Shown in pieces: positions 9,201-18,737 of a stretch of DNA of 64,000 nucleotides; position 1 is the first letter of the stretch; each line of letters starts with the position of its first letter. Source of the stretch: a bacterium (GTDB lineage Bacteria > UBA8248); contig OY843592.1 in the NCBI GenBank assembly GCA_963692865.2, positions 2,112,001-2,176,000 of the forward strand, given 5' to 3'. The notes under the pieces are model-generated. The model was not told the DNA's origin and did not search any database. It saw only the letters and a list, made by a program, of their open reading frames with translations. A program made the translations under genes and the position numbers.

Positions 9201-10637
9201 TTATACCACTTCGGCGCGGTCGTGGTCGATGGCGTCATGCCCCCCGGGGTCGATCCACACCCCCATATTGCGCAGTTCCGTGACCGCTTGCGCGATTTCC
9301 TCCTCGTCGCCGTCGAATTCGCATACCTGCCAGCCCGATTGGGCATCCAGCTCACTCCTCATGATGCTGATGGAAAACGAGTATTTTCTTCCTAATTCCC
9401 ACAAAATGGGTTTCTGAACGAGATGACCCGGCACGGAGAGGACCAGCCGCTTGCAGCCTTGGGGTATGGGAGCGGCATTTATGCCGATCGGGCCGCCGTT
9501 TTCGAGTCTTTTGAGAAAGCCGCCGACAATTTCGGTGAGCTTGTCGTATTGCACCAGAAAGGCATCGTGCCCGTAGGTGGACTCCACAGTGTGCAACTCC
9601 AGTTCACGGCCCAGTTTTTGGAGAACTTGGGCGATCTCCATGCTTCTCTCCGGCGGGAAGAGCCAATCGGATATGAAGCATACGAGCAGGCATTTGGTTT
9701 TCAGCCGGGACAACGACGCCTCGAGGCTCTCGAAACCCAGGGAGGCGTCATAGAGGTCCATCATGCGGGAGATATACAGATACGAATTGGCGTCGAAGCG
9801 ATCGACGAATTTATCCCCTTGATGATCGAGATAGCTCTCCACCTCGAACCGCGAGGCGATGTCATTGAGCATCTTGTTCTTGTCTCTGATCTCGCGGCCG
9901 AATTTCTCCCACATGATTCCTTTGCTCAGATAGGTGATGTGGGCCAGCATGCGCGCCGCGCTCAGGCCCTTGCGCGGCCCTTCTCCGGCGGCGTAGTCGC
10001 CGTCGTTCCAATCGCCGTCCGCCGTGATGGCCCTGCGGGCGATTTTGTCCCATGCAATTCCCATCGGGTCCAGGCGCGCGGCTCCCGCGACCGGGATGAC
10101 GGAGTCGCAAAAATCGCTGTAGCGCAGGCCCCATTCCAGGGTTTGCATCCCGGCGAGCGAGCCGCCGATGACCGTTTTGAGGCGTTTTACGCCCAGATGA
10201 TCGAGAAGCAGTTTTTGGACGCGAACTGTGTCCTCCACCGTGGTGACGGGAAAATTGGTGTTGTAGGCTCTGCCCGTAGCGGGATTGATCGAAGTGGGCC
10301 CCGTGGTGCCTGAGCATCCCCCCAAGTTATTCGAGGAGACGACGAAATATTTTCGGGTATCGATGGCCTTGCCGGGGCCGATCATCGGGTCCCACCAGCC
10401 CGGGCGCGGGTCGTCCGGGTTGTGGAAGCCGGCTGCGTGCGCGTCGCCTGTGAGCGCGTGGATGACCAAAACGGCGTTGTCGGCACTTGGAGAGAGGTCG
10501 CCGTACGTCTCATATGCCACCTGGACTTCGGGCAATATGTCGCCCGAATCGGTCTTAAACGGTTCGGGAAGGGTGATGGTCCGTGTTTCCGTAAGGCCGA
10601 CCGAACCGGGGTCTTGCGGAGAATTTTCTTGACTCAT
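9201..10637 (-). CDS. metX: Homoserine O-acyltransferase MetX with C-terminal NIL-like domain
   Basis: HALTGDAH, NNLGGCSGT, GGSLAGMQ, SDWLFPP, GHDAFL; extra ~90-aa C-terminus (QKPILWELGRKY...ELDAQSGWQVCEFDG...ELRNMGV) typical of NIL domains. Confidence 0.92.
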   Translation of the reverse strand: MSQENSPQDPGSVGLTETRTITLPEPFKTDSGDILPEVQVAYETYGDLSPSADNAVLVIHALTGDAHAAGFHNPDDPRPGWWDPMIGPGKAIDTRKYFVVSSNNLGGCSGTTGPTSINPATGRAYNTNFPVTTVEDTVRVQKLLLDHLGVKRLKTVIGGSLAGMQTLEWGLRYSDFCDSVIPVAGAARLDPMGIAWDKIARRAITADGDWNDGDYAAGEGPRKGLSAARMLAHITYLSKGIMWEKFGREIRDKNKMLNDIASRFEVESYLDHQGDKFVDRFDANSYLYISRMMDLYDASLGFESLEASLSRLKTKCLLVCFISDWLFPPERSMEIAQVLQKLGRELELHTVESTYGHDAFLVQYDKLTEIVGGFLKRLENGGPIGINAAPIPQGCKRLVLSVPGHLVQKPILWELGRKYSFSISIMRSELDAQSGWQVCEFDGDEEEIAQAVTELRNMGVWIDPGGHDAIDHDRAEVV

Positions 10638-10868
10638 GATTTGGCGCGATTTCCTTATCTCCAGAACAAGAATATATACTGGTTTGTAGCAAAATTATGT
10701 GTTTTGCACACGCTTGTTCAAGTGGATGTCGCGTTTGCTCGTTTTTTCTTGTTTGCCGCCATGGTGGTTGTTACATTTTTCATGAGCGAAATAGAATCCT
10801 TTTGGGGTCATGGAATCAGAAAGTCGCCGGATTGAGCATTTATTTTCCGCCGTTTTTTGGTGTCTCAA

Positions 10869-11666
10869 ATGATAGTTTGTCCGCGGGATAAACATGTTCG
10901 TCTCATCTGTCAGCATGACCATGCCCGGGCCGCCGGTACGATTGCGCGAAATTGGACGGGTATCGAATCGCTTCCCTCTCCGCCGAATGAACTCAGAGAG
11001 AAAGTTTTGTTCGCCATCGACAACCACGACGTTGGATGGTGCCGCCCGGATGCTACCCCGAGATGGGATGAAATGACGAAACTGCCTTATAGTTTTTTCG
11101 GCATAACGGCGGACAAGGCGGTTGAAATATGGTCGGAAGGCATTGATTCCTGCGCGTCTTTTCATCCGTTTTCGGGTTGTCTTGTCAGCCTTCACTTCTC
11201 TTCGCTCGCCGCAGGAGGAAGGAGGGGCGCGCCATTTGAGGTGTCCAAGGTACTTAACGGGTTCATTCACGCTGAATCAAAAAGGCAGGAAAAGTTGGAC
11301 GCCCTCATCGAGCCGCGACACAAAGACGCGATTGAAAACTCCGTGTCTTTGCTCAGGGTTTGCGATACGTTGTCCCTGTTGGCATGTCGGGCGCCGGAAA
11401 TCACCCCGCCCGATGACGCCATCCATCCTTTGACGCAGAGTGGGTTGAACGTGAAAACCGCAAACACCGATGATCTGGAGATATCTCCATGGCCGTTCTC
11501 GGAGGATTCGATCGAGTTGCGGATGCCGGGGTTGGTCCTGCCGGGTGAGTATTTTGCGGATGAAAAAGAACTGGCTGAAGCGGTTCCTATGGCGGAACCC
11601 ATTGTATTTTCAAGCGTTCTTAGGCCGATTATCGGAGAGGCGGAAAACGAAGATGCGCGGAATTGA
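10869..11666 (+). CDS. DUF3891 family protein
   Basis: QHDHA, HDVGW, LVSLH, DTLSL, PWPF motifs. Confidence 0.8.
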   Translation: MIVCPRDKHVRLICQHDHARAAGTIARNWTGIESLPSPPNELREKVLFAIDNHDVGWCRPDATPRWDEMTKLPYSFFGITADKAVEIWSEGIDSCASFHPFSGCLVSLHFSSLAAGGRRGAPFEVSKVLNGFIHAESKRQEKLDALIEPRHKDAIENSVSLLRVCDTLSLLACRAPEITPPDDAIHPLTQSGLNVKTANTDDLEISPWPFSEDSIELRMPGLVLPGEYFADEKELAEAVPMAEPIVFSSVLRPIIGEAENEDARN

Positions 11667-11681
11667 AATCTTGGAGACGGA

Positions 11682-13841
11682 ATGAAGAGCGAAGTCGCCG
11701 CTTTGGAGTTGAACGTCGCTGCGGGGATTGTCCGGCATGAGGGCCGCATTCTCATTTGTCAGCGCCCTGCGGGCGGTCACATGGCAGGTTTCTGGGAGTT
11801 TCCCGGTGGTAAAATAGAGGATGGGGAGACACCCCAGGAAGCCCTGCGCAGGGAAATTTACGAGGAGCTCGGGGTCGAAGTACGCGTGGGTCGTCTTCAT
11901 TGGGAGACCCGGCATCGGTATCCCGATAGAGACGTTCACCTGCGCTTTTATGATTGTGAATGGGAGAGCGGAGTGGCGAAGAATGAAGAGGTGGCCAAGC
12001 ACGAATGGGTTCATCCTTCCTCATTGGGAGATTTTGATTTCCTGCCTGCGGATGCGCGGTTGGTAGAATCTCTCATGAATGGCGAGGAAATACGGGATTC
12101 GGGTGAAGAGGCGAAATCCGTCTCGGAGGCTGATGTAAGCGCCGCTTACGATACCTGCATGAAAATCGTAGTTGGCCACTACGAAAATTTTCCCGTTGCT
12201 TCGAAGTTGTTGTCGGCGAAGATAAGGCCGCACGTCACTGCGGTATACGCTTTCGCCAGAGGCGCCGATGATATCGCGGATACGGCCGGGCCCGTCGATG
12301 AGCGCCTCGCACGTCTTGATGAATGGGAAGAAAAGCTCATTTTGGCCCACAAGGGAGTTGCGGAAACGGACGTTTTCATTGCGCTGTCCGACACGATTCA
12401 AAAATTCGATTTGCCTTTGCAGCCTTTTCGGAATCTGCTCTCGGCGTTCAAACAAGACGTCACGATTCTCCGGTATCCGAACTATGAAGCCTTGCTTGAT
12501 TACTGCCGCCGATCGGCGGATCCCGTCGGGCGAATCGTTCTCATGCTGCATGGGGTACGCGATGAAGAGGCCCTTCGCGCCTCGGACGCCATTTGCACGG
12601 CCTTGCAGATTGCGAATCACTTACAAGACGTGAAAGAAGACGCCGAGCGGGGCATCGTCTACATGCCGCAGGATGAGATGAAACGATTCGCCGTTTCCGA
12701 GGATGATTTGCTTGCAGATGTGGCGACGCCTCAATTGCGCGCGTTCCTGGTCTTTCAGATAAAGAGGACAAAGCATCTCTTCAGGCAGGGCCTGCCTCTT
12801 TTGTACCGCACCCGTGGCGCATTGGGACGTGAACTTCGTGCGATTTGGCGCGGAGGCGTCGCGGCGCTTGACGCAATTTCCCGTGCGGAATGGAACGTCT
12901 GCGCGGGTTCGCCGCTTTTGAATGGTTGGGATAAAGCCAGGTCGTTGTTCGCGGCGTTTCGCCCGGTCTATCGGCTCGAATCCAACGTGGACCTACATGC
13001 GGAGGAGGAGTTGGAGCGCGCCTATTGTCGCTGGTTCATTCGCGCGAGCCGGTCGAATTTTTATCTCTCTTTTTTCAGTCTGCCTGCGGAGAAAAGGCGC
13101 GCCATCATGGCGGTTTACGCGTATTGCCGCATGGCCGACGACATCGCCGATGAGCCGGGCGAGATATCCGGCAAAAAAACTTCGTTGCGCGAATGGAAAG
13201 AGGCGTTAAATCAATTGAGCGATGAGGGCCCACCTCACCCGATAATTGGAGAGCTTGCGCGGGCGGCGCGAAAATACGACTTGCCGCAGGAGTATTTCCG
13301 GGCGATTTGCGACGGCGTGGCGATGGATTTGGAAGAGAGGCGATTTGAAGATTTTGCCGAACTGGAAAATTACTGTGACAAAGTGGCTTCAGCGGTGGGG
13401 TTGGCGTGCCTTGGCATCTTTGAGGCGAAATCCGAATTTGCGAAAGACTACGCCGTTTGTTTGGGAAGAGCACTTCAGATGACGAACATTTTGAGAGACG
13501 TTTGGGAGGATGCTGAACAAGGGCGTATTTATATTCCGCGAAGTGAAATGGAGAAATATGGCGTAACGGCCTCCGATTTAAGAGACAAAAAAGATACTTC
13601 CCAAGTCTTGAGTCTTCTTGGGTTTGTGGCGCATCGCGCACGAGGATATTACGAGGGAGCGAATGAAGCCTTGCGCCATGAGGCAAAAGAGAACCTTCTT
13701 CCGGCGAGAATTATGGGCCGAATCTACAAAAGGCTTCTAAGTGAAATGGATGGGAATCAATTTCGACACATGGATTATCGCCCCTCTTTGAAGTCCAAGG
13801 ATAAACTGCAAGAAGCGCTTCGCTGTTTTCTGGAATCATAA
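11682..13841 (+). CDS. Fusion: MutT-like NUDIX + squalene synthase HpnC + HpnD
   Basis: NUDIX box WEFPGGKIEDGETPQEALRREIYEELG; HpnC HYENFPVAS...YCRRSADPVGR...NHLQD; HpnD SNFY...YAYCRMADD...YCDKVASAVG...QMTNILRD, all in one uninterrupted frame. Confidence 0.88.
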   Translation: MKSEVAALELNVAAGIVRHEGRILICQRPAGGHMAGFWEFPGGKIEDGETPQEALRREIYEELGVEVRVGRLHWETRHRYPDRDVHLRFYDCEWESGVAKNEEVAKHEWVHPSSLGDFDFLPADARLVESLMNGEEIRDSGEEAKSVSEADVSAAYDTCMKIVVGHYENFPVASKLLSAKIRPHVTAVYAFARGADDIADTAGPVDERLARLDEWEEKLILAHKGVAETDVFIALSDTIQKFDLPLQPFRNLLSAFKQDVTILRYPNYEALLDYCRRSADPVGRIVLMLHGVRDEEALRASDAICTALQIANHLQDVKEDAERGIVYMPQDEMKRFAVSEDDLLADVATPQLRAFLVFQIKRTKHLFRQGLPLLYRTRGALGRELRAIWRGGVAALDAISRAEWNVCAGSPLLNGWDKARSLFAAFRPVYRLESNVDLHAEEELERAYCRWFIRASRSNFYLSFFSLPAEKRRAIMAVYAYCRMADDIADEPGEISGKKTSLREWKEALNQLSDEGPPHPIIGELARAARKYDLPQEYFRAICDGVAMDLEERRFEDFAELENYCDKVASAVGLACLGIFEAKSEFAKDYAVCLGRALQMTNILRDVWEDAEQGRIYIPRSEMEKYGVTASDLRDKKDTSQVLSLLGFVAHRARGYYEGANEALRHEAKENLLPARIMGRIYKRLLSEMDGNQFRHMDYRPSLKSKDKLQEALRCFLES

Positions 13842-15197
13842 ATGTCTGAGCCTGGCGGATCCGAACGGCCGGTCATCATTATCGGAGCTGGCGCAGCGGG
13901 CCTGTCTGCTGCCTTACGCCTTGCCGAGTCGGGTATCAAGGTTGTGGTTCTCGAAGCGGGGAAGTTGCTCGGAGGCCGGGCTCGTAGTTTCATGCACCCT
14001 TCAACGGGTTTGGAGTTGGACTGGGGCCCACATTTGTTTATGGCGGCCAACCCGGCATTGCGTTCATTGTTGGAAAGGGTGGACGCCGCCGATGATGTTT
14101 TTTTCTCTCCTTCTCTGGAGGTCAGTTACCGTATTCGGAAAGCGGGGTCGGCCAGACAGACGCAATTGTCGTTTCCAGAGACCGGAGGGGTTTTTGCGCA
14201 ACTCCGGGGTTTGCTCAAATGGCAAGGTCCCCGCCTTTGGGAGAAAGTAAATCTTCTGAAAGGTCTTTCTGGGATTATTTCGAAATCGAGTGATGGGAAT
14301 CCGAATGAATCTATGGATGAAATGCTCAAGCGTCTTGGCCAGAGAGGTGAGGCGGTGCGCTGGTTTTGGGAGCCGTTTGCGCGCGCGGTGTTGAACTTGC
14401 CCCTGGAGCAGGGAAGTGCGGAACTGTTCAAGGCGGTGATTCGGGAAGCCTTTGCCCATGGGCCGAAAGGGGCCGCCTTGGGGGTGCCGATGAAGGCTTT
14501 GGGTGCATTATGGGCGAACCGGGCGGCTCAACGCATCCGGCACCTTGGCGGAGAGGTGAGACTTCAACAGCCTGCACTTGGTTTTGATGTCAAAAATTCA
14601 AAAATAAGCGGCGTGATGCTGAAAGAACGCGAGACCTTGTATGCTGCCGCAGTCATTTCCGCTGTGCCGCCCGACGCACTTGGCAGACTGCTGGGTGGAG
14701 AACTCGGTGAAGAGGCGCCTTTTTCGAGTCTGGGAAAATTGCGCCCTGGGCCTATCGCCAGCGCGTATTGCTGGCTTGAGGAACCGGATGAGGGACCTCC
14801 TTTCGAAGCGATTGTAAACGAGGAATGGGATTGGCTGTTTCGCCCGGAAGTCGGTAGAAAAGGCGTGAGAAACCTGGTGTGTCTGTTGGCCGGGGCGGAG
14901 GATTCCATCGCATCCGCGAAGAGGGCGACCATCGAGTCGTCTGCCGGAGATTGCCTGAAACGCATGATTCCCCTTAACCGTATTCGGGATATATTGGTAG
15001 TGCGGGAGCGCGCCGCGACCTGGGCGAACGGAGTGGCGGAGCAAAATTACCGGATAGATACGAAAACTCCGATAGAGGGCTTTTTTCTGGCAGGAGACTG
15101 GACTCGCACGGGTTTGCCGGCCACTGTAGAGGGTGCGGTGAGAAGCGGGGAAAATGCTGCACAGGCGGTTTTAGAGTATACCGAGGCCAGCTTGTAG
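13842..15197 (+). CDS. hpnE: Hydroxysqualene dehydroxylase HpnE (FAD oxidoreductase)
   Basis: IIGAGAAGL, GGRARSF, LAGDWTRTGLPATVEGAVRSG; directly follows hpnCD. Confidence 0.85.
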   Translation: MSEPGGSERPVIIIGAGAAGLSAALRLAESGIKVVVLEAGKLLGGRARSFMHPSTGLELDWGPHLFMAANPALRSLLERVDAADDVFFSPSLEVSYRIRKAGSARQTQLSFPETGGVFAQLRGLLKWQGPRLWEKVNLLKGLSGIISKSSDGNPNESMDEMLKRLGQRGEAVRWFWEPFARAVLNLPLEQGSAELFKAVIREAFAHGPKGAALGVPMKALGALWANRAAQRIRHLGGEVRLQQPALGFDVKNSKISGVMLKERETLYAAAVISAVPPDALGRLLGGELGEEAPFSSLGKLRPGPIASAYCWLEEPDEGPPFEAIVNEEWDWLFRPEVGRKGVRNLVCLLAGAEDSIASAKRATIESSAGDCLKRMIPLNRIRDILVVRERAATWANGVAEQNYRIDTKTPIEGFFLAGDWTRTGLPATVEGAVRSGENAAQAVLEYTEASL

Positions 15198-15235
15198 CTT
15201 TTACCCGATGAGATGTACGGTGATAGGGAGGAAAG

Positions 15236-15442
15236 TTATTCTTCTTGTTTGGTTACATTCGCCGCCTGAAGTCCTTTGGGACCTTGGGTGATCTCGAATG
15301 TGACCTTTTCACCTTCTTTCAGTGATTTGAATCCATCCGCAACGATGGCTGAGAAGTGAACGAAGATGTCGTCGCCATCTTCCCGTGAAATGAAGCCATA
15401 CCCCTTTTTGTCGCTAAACCACTTTACTGTTCCTTCTGGCAC
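15236..15442 (-). CDS. cspA: Cold-shock protein
   Basis: [31 protein letters not shown]. Confidence 0.97.
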   Translation of the reverse strand: MPEGTVKWFSDKKGYGFISREDGDDIFVHFSAIVADGFKSLKEGEKVTFEITQGPKGLQAANVTKQEE

Positions 15443-15561
15443 CTACAATCCTCCCGCGCGAGACCCTGAATAAGGTTGAGGGCGAAGCCTCAACCCGCCT
15501 GGACACCTTGATTCACGGGGAAATGCCTACTCTCCTAAGTTAAACAAAAGAGATATTAGAT

Positions 15562-15590
15562 AAGATGCGTTGTTGAGAGGTTTGTGTCAA
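15562..15590 (-). promoter_or_regulatory. Putative sigma70 promoter of the csp gene (long 5' UTR)
   Basis: TTGACA-17 nt-CATCTT on the minus strand with an AT-rich upstream tract. Confidence 0.55.
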
Positions 15591-15604
15591 GAAAAAAATT
15601 TTCA

Positions 15605-17230
15605 TTATTCCGCGCGAACGTCTTTTGAAGCCACATAGCCGTCAGGATTGATGACGGCGTCGATGACCCAGGGTTTGTCGGATGCAAATGCGTGTCCCAG
15701 CGACTTTCTCAATTCCTCTTCGGAAGTAACCCTTTCTCCCTCGCAACCCAAGCCTTTCGCTACGGATGCGTAATCGGAATCGCGAAATTCAGTGCCTAGG
15801 CGCGGGAAAGAGCGGTTGTCTTGTTTGATTTTGATCAGATTCAGATAGCGATCGTTGAATACAACGGTGACGAACGGGATATCTTCTCGAACGGCGACTT
15901 CCATGTCGCCGATTCGCATGAGAAAACCACCATCCCCGGTAAGGCAAACAACGGGCGTATCCGGTTCGGTTAATTTGGCAGCCATGGCGGCTGGGGTGGC
16001 GACGGCCATCGAACCCAGCCCGCTGGAGGTCAAGTAACCAAGAGGACGTCTCGTCTCCCAGATGTCGTTGGCCAGGACTTTGTGGCTTCCCGCGTCCGCG
16101 GTCATGATGCCGTTATCGGGGAGGCATTCCCGTGCAATCCGAATCACGGCGCCGGGCATCAGGCCCTCTCCGGTAGGGAACAATGCGGATTGCCTCATTT
16201 TCTTATAGGAATCCATCTCCTCGGTGTTCCAGGCATGGTTGGCTGAGACGGAGGCGCTCAATTCCCTGAGGATGTCTGCGAGATTGGAGACGACTTCGAC
16301 TTCCGGTCGAATCAAGTCATCAAGGTGCGGCACTTCGTCCAGGTTGATTACCCGTTGGGGGTAGTCCCAATGTCCGGGAGCGAATACTTCTACCGTATCA
16401 AAGCCCACCAGAATGAAAAGGTCCGATTTGTCTATCAACTCCCGTTCTGATGGGGCGCCTCGGAAGGTGCCCATGGCGAGGGGATGTTGTTCCGGCAGCA
16501 CACCCTTCGCCGAGGGTGCGGCGAGAACGGGCGCCCCGAGTTTCTCCGCAAAAGAGACGAATTCTCTTTCCGCCTCTCGTCCCGAACGGTTCACCTGAAG
16601 ACCTGCTATCACTACCGGGTTGTTCGACTCCGAGATAGCGTCGAGTGCCGCGCGAATGCCCGGATGGGCTGACCCGATGCGTCCGATGAATTTTTGGAGT
16701 TTCTCGCCGGGCGGAAAATCGTCTTCTCCGGCGCTCGCCAGCATGACGTCGTAGGGGAGGTCCACGTGTACGGGCCCCGGTCTTCCTTCCATTGCCAGAG
16801 CCAGCGCCCGCCGGATGGCGACCGCCGCGTTATCCTTCGCGAGCTTGAAGGTGCCTTTGGTGATGGGGCGAAACAACCGGTTCTGGTCGAGTCTTTGCCT
16901 GCCCTGGCGGCGAAATTGCTCGTCGGAGAAGCGGTCGGTCAATATGAGGCATGGGGCGCGTTCGAGGAAATTGTTCGCCACACCGTGGAGGACGGCGGCC
17001 GCCCCGGGGCCGACCCCCGTACTCACGACTCCCGGCCGCCCCGTCATGATGCCGTACGTTCCCGCCTTCACGGCCGCGCTGCTCTCGTTGCTGCAGAGGA
17101 TGTAGCGTACGCCGCGCTTTCTCGCGGCTTCGATGAGCTCGACGGAACTCAAGCTTCCGGGCACTCCAAAGATGAATTCGATGCCCGCGTCTTGAAGAAC
17201 GTCCGCCACCACATCGGCATACGTCGACAT
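15605..17230 (-). CDS. Thiamine-diphosphate-binding protein (acetolactate synthase large-subunit-like)
   Basis: IFGVPG, GPG, GRPGPVHVDLP, GDGG...FND ThDP motif; start at MSTYADVV. Confidence 0.9.
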   Translation of the reverse strand: MSTYADVVADVLQDAGIEFIFGVPGSLSSVELIEAARKRGVRYILCSNESSAAVKAGTYGIMTGRPGVVSTGVGPGAAAVLHGVANNFLERAPCLILTDRFSDEQFRRQGRQRLDQNRLFRPITKGTFKLAKDNAAVAIRRALALAMEGRPGPVHVDLPYDVMLASAGEDDFPPGEKLQKFIGRIGSAHPGIRAALDAISESNNPVVIAGLQVNRSGREAEREFVSFAEKLGAPVLAAPSAKGVLPEQHPLAMGTFRGAPSERELIDKSDLFILVGFDTVEVFAPGHWDYPQRVINLDEVPHLDDLIRPEVEVVSNLADILRELSASVSANHAWNTEEMDSYKKMRQSALFPTGEGLMPGAVIRIARECLPDNGIMTADAGSHKVLANDIWETRRPLGYLTSSGLGSMAVATPAAMAAKLTEPDTPVVCLTGDGGFLMRIGDMEVAVREDIPFVTVVFNDRYLNLIKIKQDNRSFPRLGTEFRDSDYASVAKGLGCEGERVTSEEELRKSLGHAFASDKPWVIDAVINPDGYVASKDVRAE

Positions 17231-17335
17231 TCGATCCCTCCCGGCATGCGCGAATTGTGGATAAGTCCGAATGATAATACCATAATTCAGTGGCGGTACC
17301 AGGAGACGGGCGACTATGAATGAAGGAGCGCCATT

Positions 17336-18181
17336 TTGTCGTTGAGTGACTCGCAATTAGAGGCCGTCTGTCATTTGTTGAGTGATGGTTCACCGGGTGT
17401 GACGACGGCATTGGACCGCCAGGTTTCCGGATTCTCGACCGACGAGCAGCTAAGACTTCTGGACATGATGAAGAAACGTGTGGCGAATAATGAGGTGGTA
17501 TTGCCGTCATCGCTGCTGGAATTCCATTACAATCAAATCGAAATCGCTTTTTCGGACTGGTCTCTTTCCCCGGTAGAAGATGCGGACCTGGAAGATGCGT
17601 GTTTCTTGTTGGCGTCCTTCGGCCATCCGCTCGAAGACATGGAGATGAAAAAAAACGAACTGCTGGGCATGGAAAATGATTTGCGTGACCGTTTGGAGGG
17701 CTTGAGCCAGGCTGATGCCATGGTCGATGAAGTCGTGGAATACCTGCACGGAGAGCTTCGCTTCGATGGCGCTCGCAATAATTACTATGATGCGCAGAAC
17801 AGCTTTATGAATCGTGTGCTGGAACGCAGGCGGGGCATTCCCATATCGCTTTCCGCTTTGTATTTGATTCTTGGCGAACGACTGGACCTTCCCTTTCACG
17901 GAGTCGGGATGCCGGGCCACTTTATCGTCAAATACCAGGGTGATGAGAAACCCATTTTTTTGGACCCTTTCGAGAGGGGAAAACGCCTGAGCGTGGGGGA
18001 TTGTGCGGCGATTGTGCGTGGGCTCGGGTATCATTTCGACATGCGGTTTTTACAGGAAACCCCTCCTCGCCGCATCGTGGAGAGAATGATCAATAATCTG
18101 CTTGGGATTTATAAGCGTGATGGGGAAGATGAAAAGGTAACCTGCCTGCTTCGGTGTCGGGAACTGGCGCAGCGGGTGTAA
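17336..18181 (+). CDS. SirB1/transglutaminase-like domain protein
   Basis: NYYDAQNSFMNRVLERRRGIPISL, GVGMPGHF, DPF, RMINNL. Confidence 0.88.
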   Translation: MSLSDSQLEAVCHLLSDGSPGVTTALDRQVSGFSTDEQLRLLDMMKKRVANNEVVLPSSLLEFHYNQIEIAFSDWSLSPVEDADLEDACFLLASFGHPLEDMEMKKNELLGMENDLRDRLEGLSQADAMVDEVVEYLHGELRFDGARNNYYDAQNSFMNRVLERRRGIPISLSALYLILGERLDLPFHGVGMPGHFIVKYQGDEKPIFLDPFERGKRLSVGDCAAIVRGLGYHFDMRFLQETPPRRIVERMINNLLGIYKRDGEDEKVTCLLRCRELAQRV

Positions 18182-18205
18182 AGACTACCAAAGAGGAAAA
18201 AGCGC

Positions 18206-18670
18206 ATGGAATACTTCGAACTGGCCGAAAATCTCGTGTTCGGCAGACAACCGGGCCGCAAGGATATGGAGGCTTTGGCGGACAAGGGGATAAGAACCCT
18301 GGTGAATGTTCGTATGGCTGATGAAGAAGAGCCGGAATTGCCGCCCGATGCAGAGAGAGAAGCGGCGTATGAGTTGGGTATGAACTTCGTGCATATTCCC
18401 GTGAACGCTGCCTCTATGAACGATGCATTGTCGCGAGAAATTCATGAAGCGCTACGTGAGGCCAGGAAAGACGGCCCGGTGTACGTTCACTGAAAAGGCT
18501 TGGGGCGAGCCGGGATTTGCTCGCTGATTCATCTGGCCGAAGAAGAAGACCTGAACGGAGACGAAGTGCTGCAAAAAGCGCGCGACGTCGATTTCGATTG
18601 GGAGACTTCCTCTATTGCGGGGTATTTCGAAGATTTCGCGAACAACAGAAAGAAAACCGGCGCATCATAG
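18206..18670 (+). CDS. DUF442/Blh-like sulfurtransferase-phosphatase fold selenoprotein (H-U-K-G-L-G-R)
   Basis: Track ORF (QP..., GIRTLVNVRMADEE, LGMNFVHIPV) ends at GPVYVH-TGA(18491-18493). The frame continues KGLGRAGICSLIHLAEEE...KARDVDFDW... to TAG 18668-18670. The TGA replaces the catalytic Cys of HCxxxxR. Confidence 0.85.
18505..18524 (+). promoter_or_regulatory. Putative bacterial SECIS hairpin
   Basis: GCGAGC-CGGGATTT-GCTCGC starting 11 nt after the UGA. Confidence 0.65.
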
Positions 18671-18682
18671 ACGGGCGCCGCA

Positions 18683-18731
18683 GCCACAAAAAAAAAGAGG
18701 GGAGTCGTTCGCTCCCCTCTTTTTTTGTGGC
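18683..18731. terminator. Bidirectional intrinsic terminator
   Basis: GCCAC-A(n)-GAGGGGAG...CTCCCCTC-T(n)-GTGGC inverted repeat between two convergent genes. Confidence 0.85.
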
Positions 18732-18737
18732 CAACCT

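Noticed and set aside
10638-10868. SAM riboswitch or T-box upstream of metX
   Set aside because: No SAM-I/II or T-box consensus recognisable on the minus strand.
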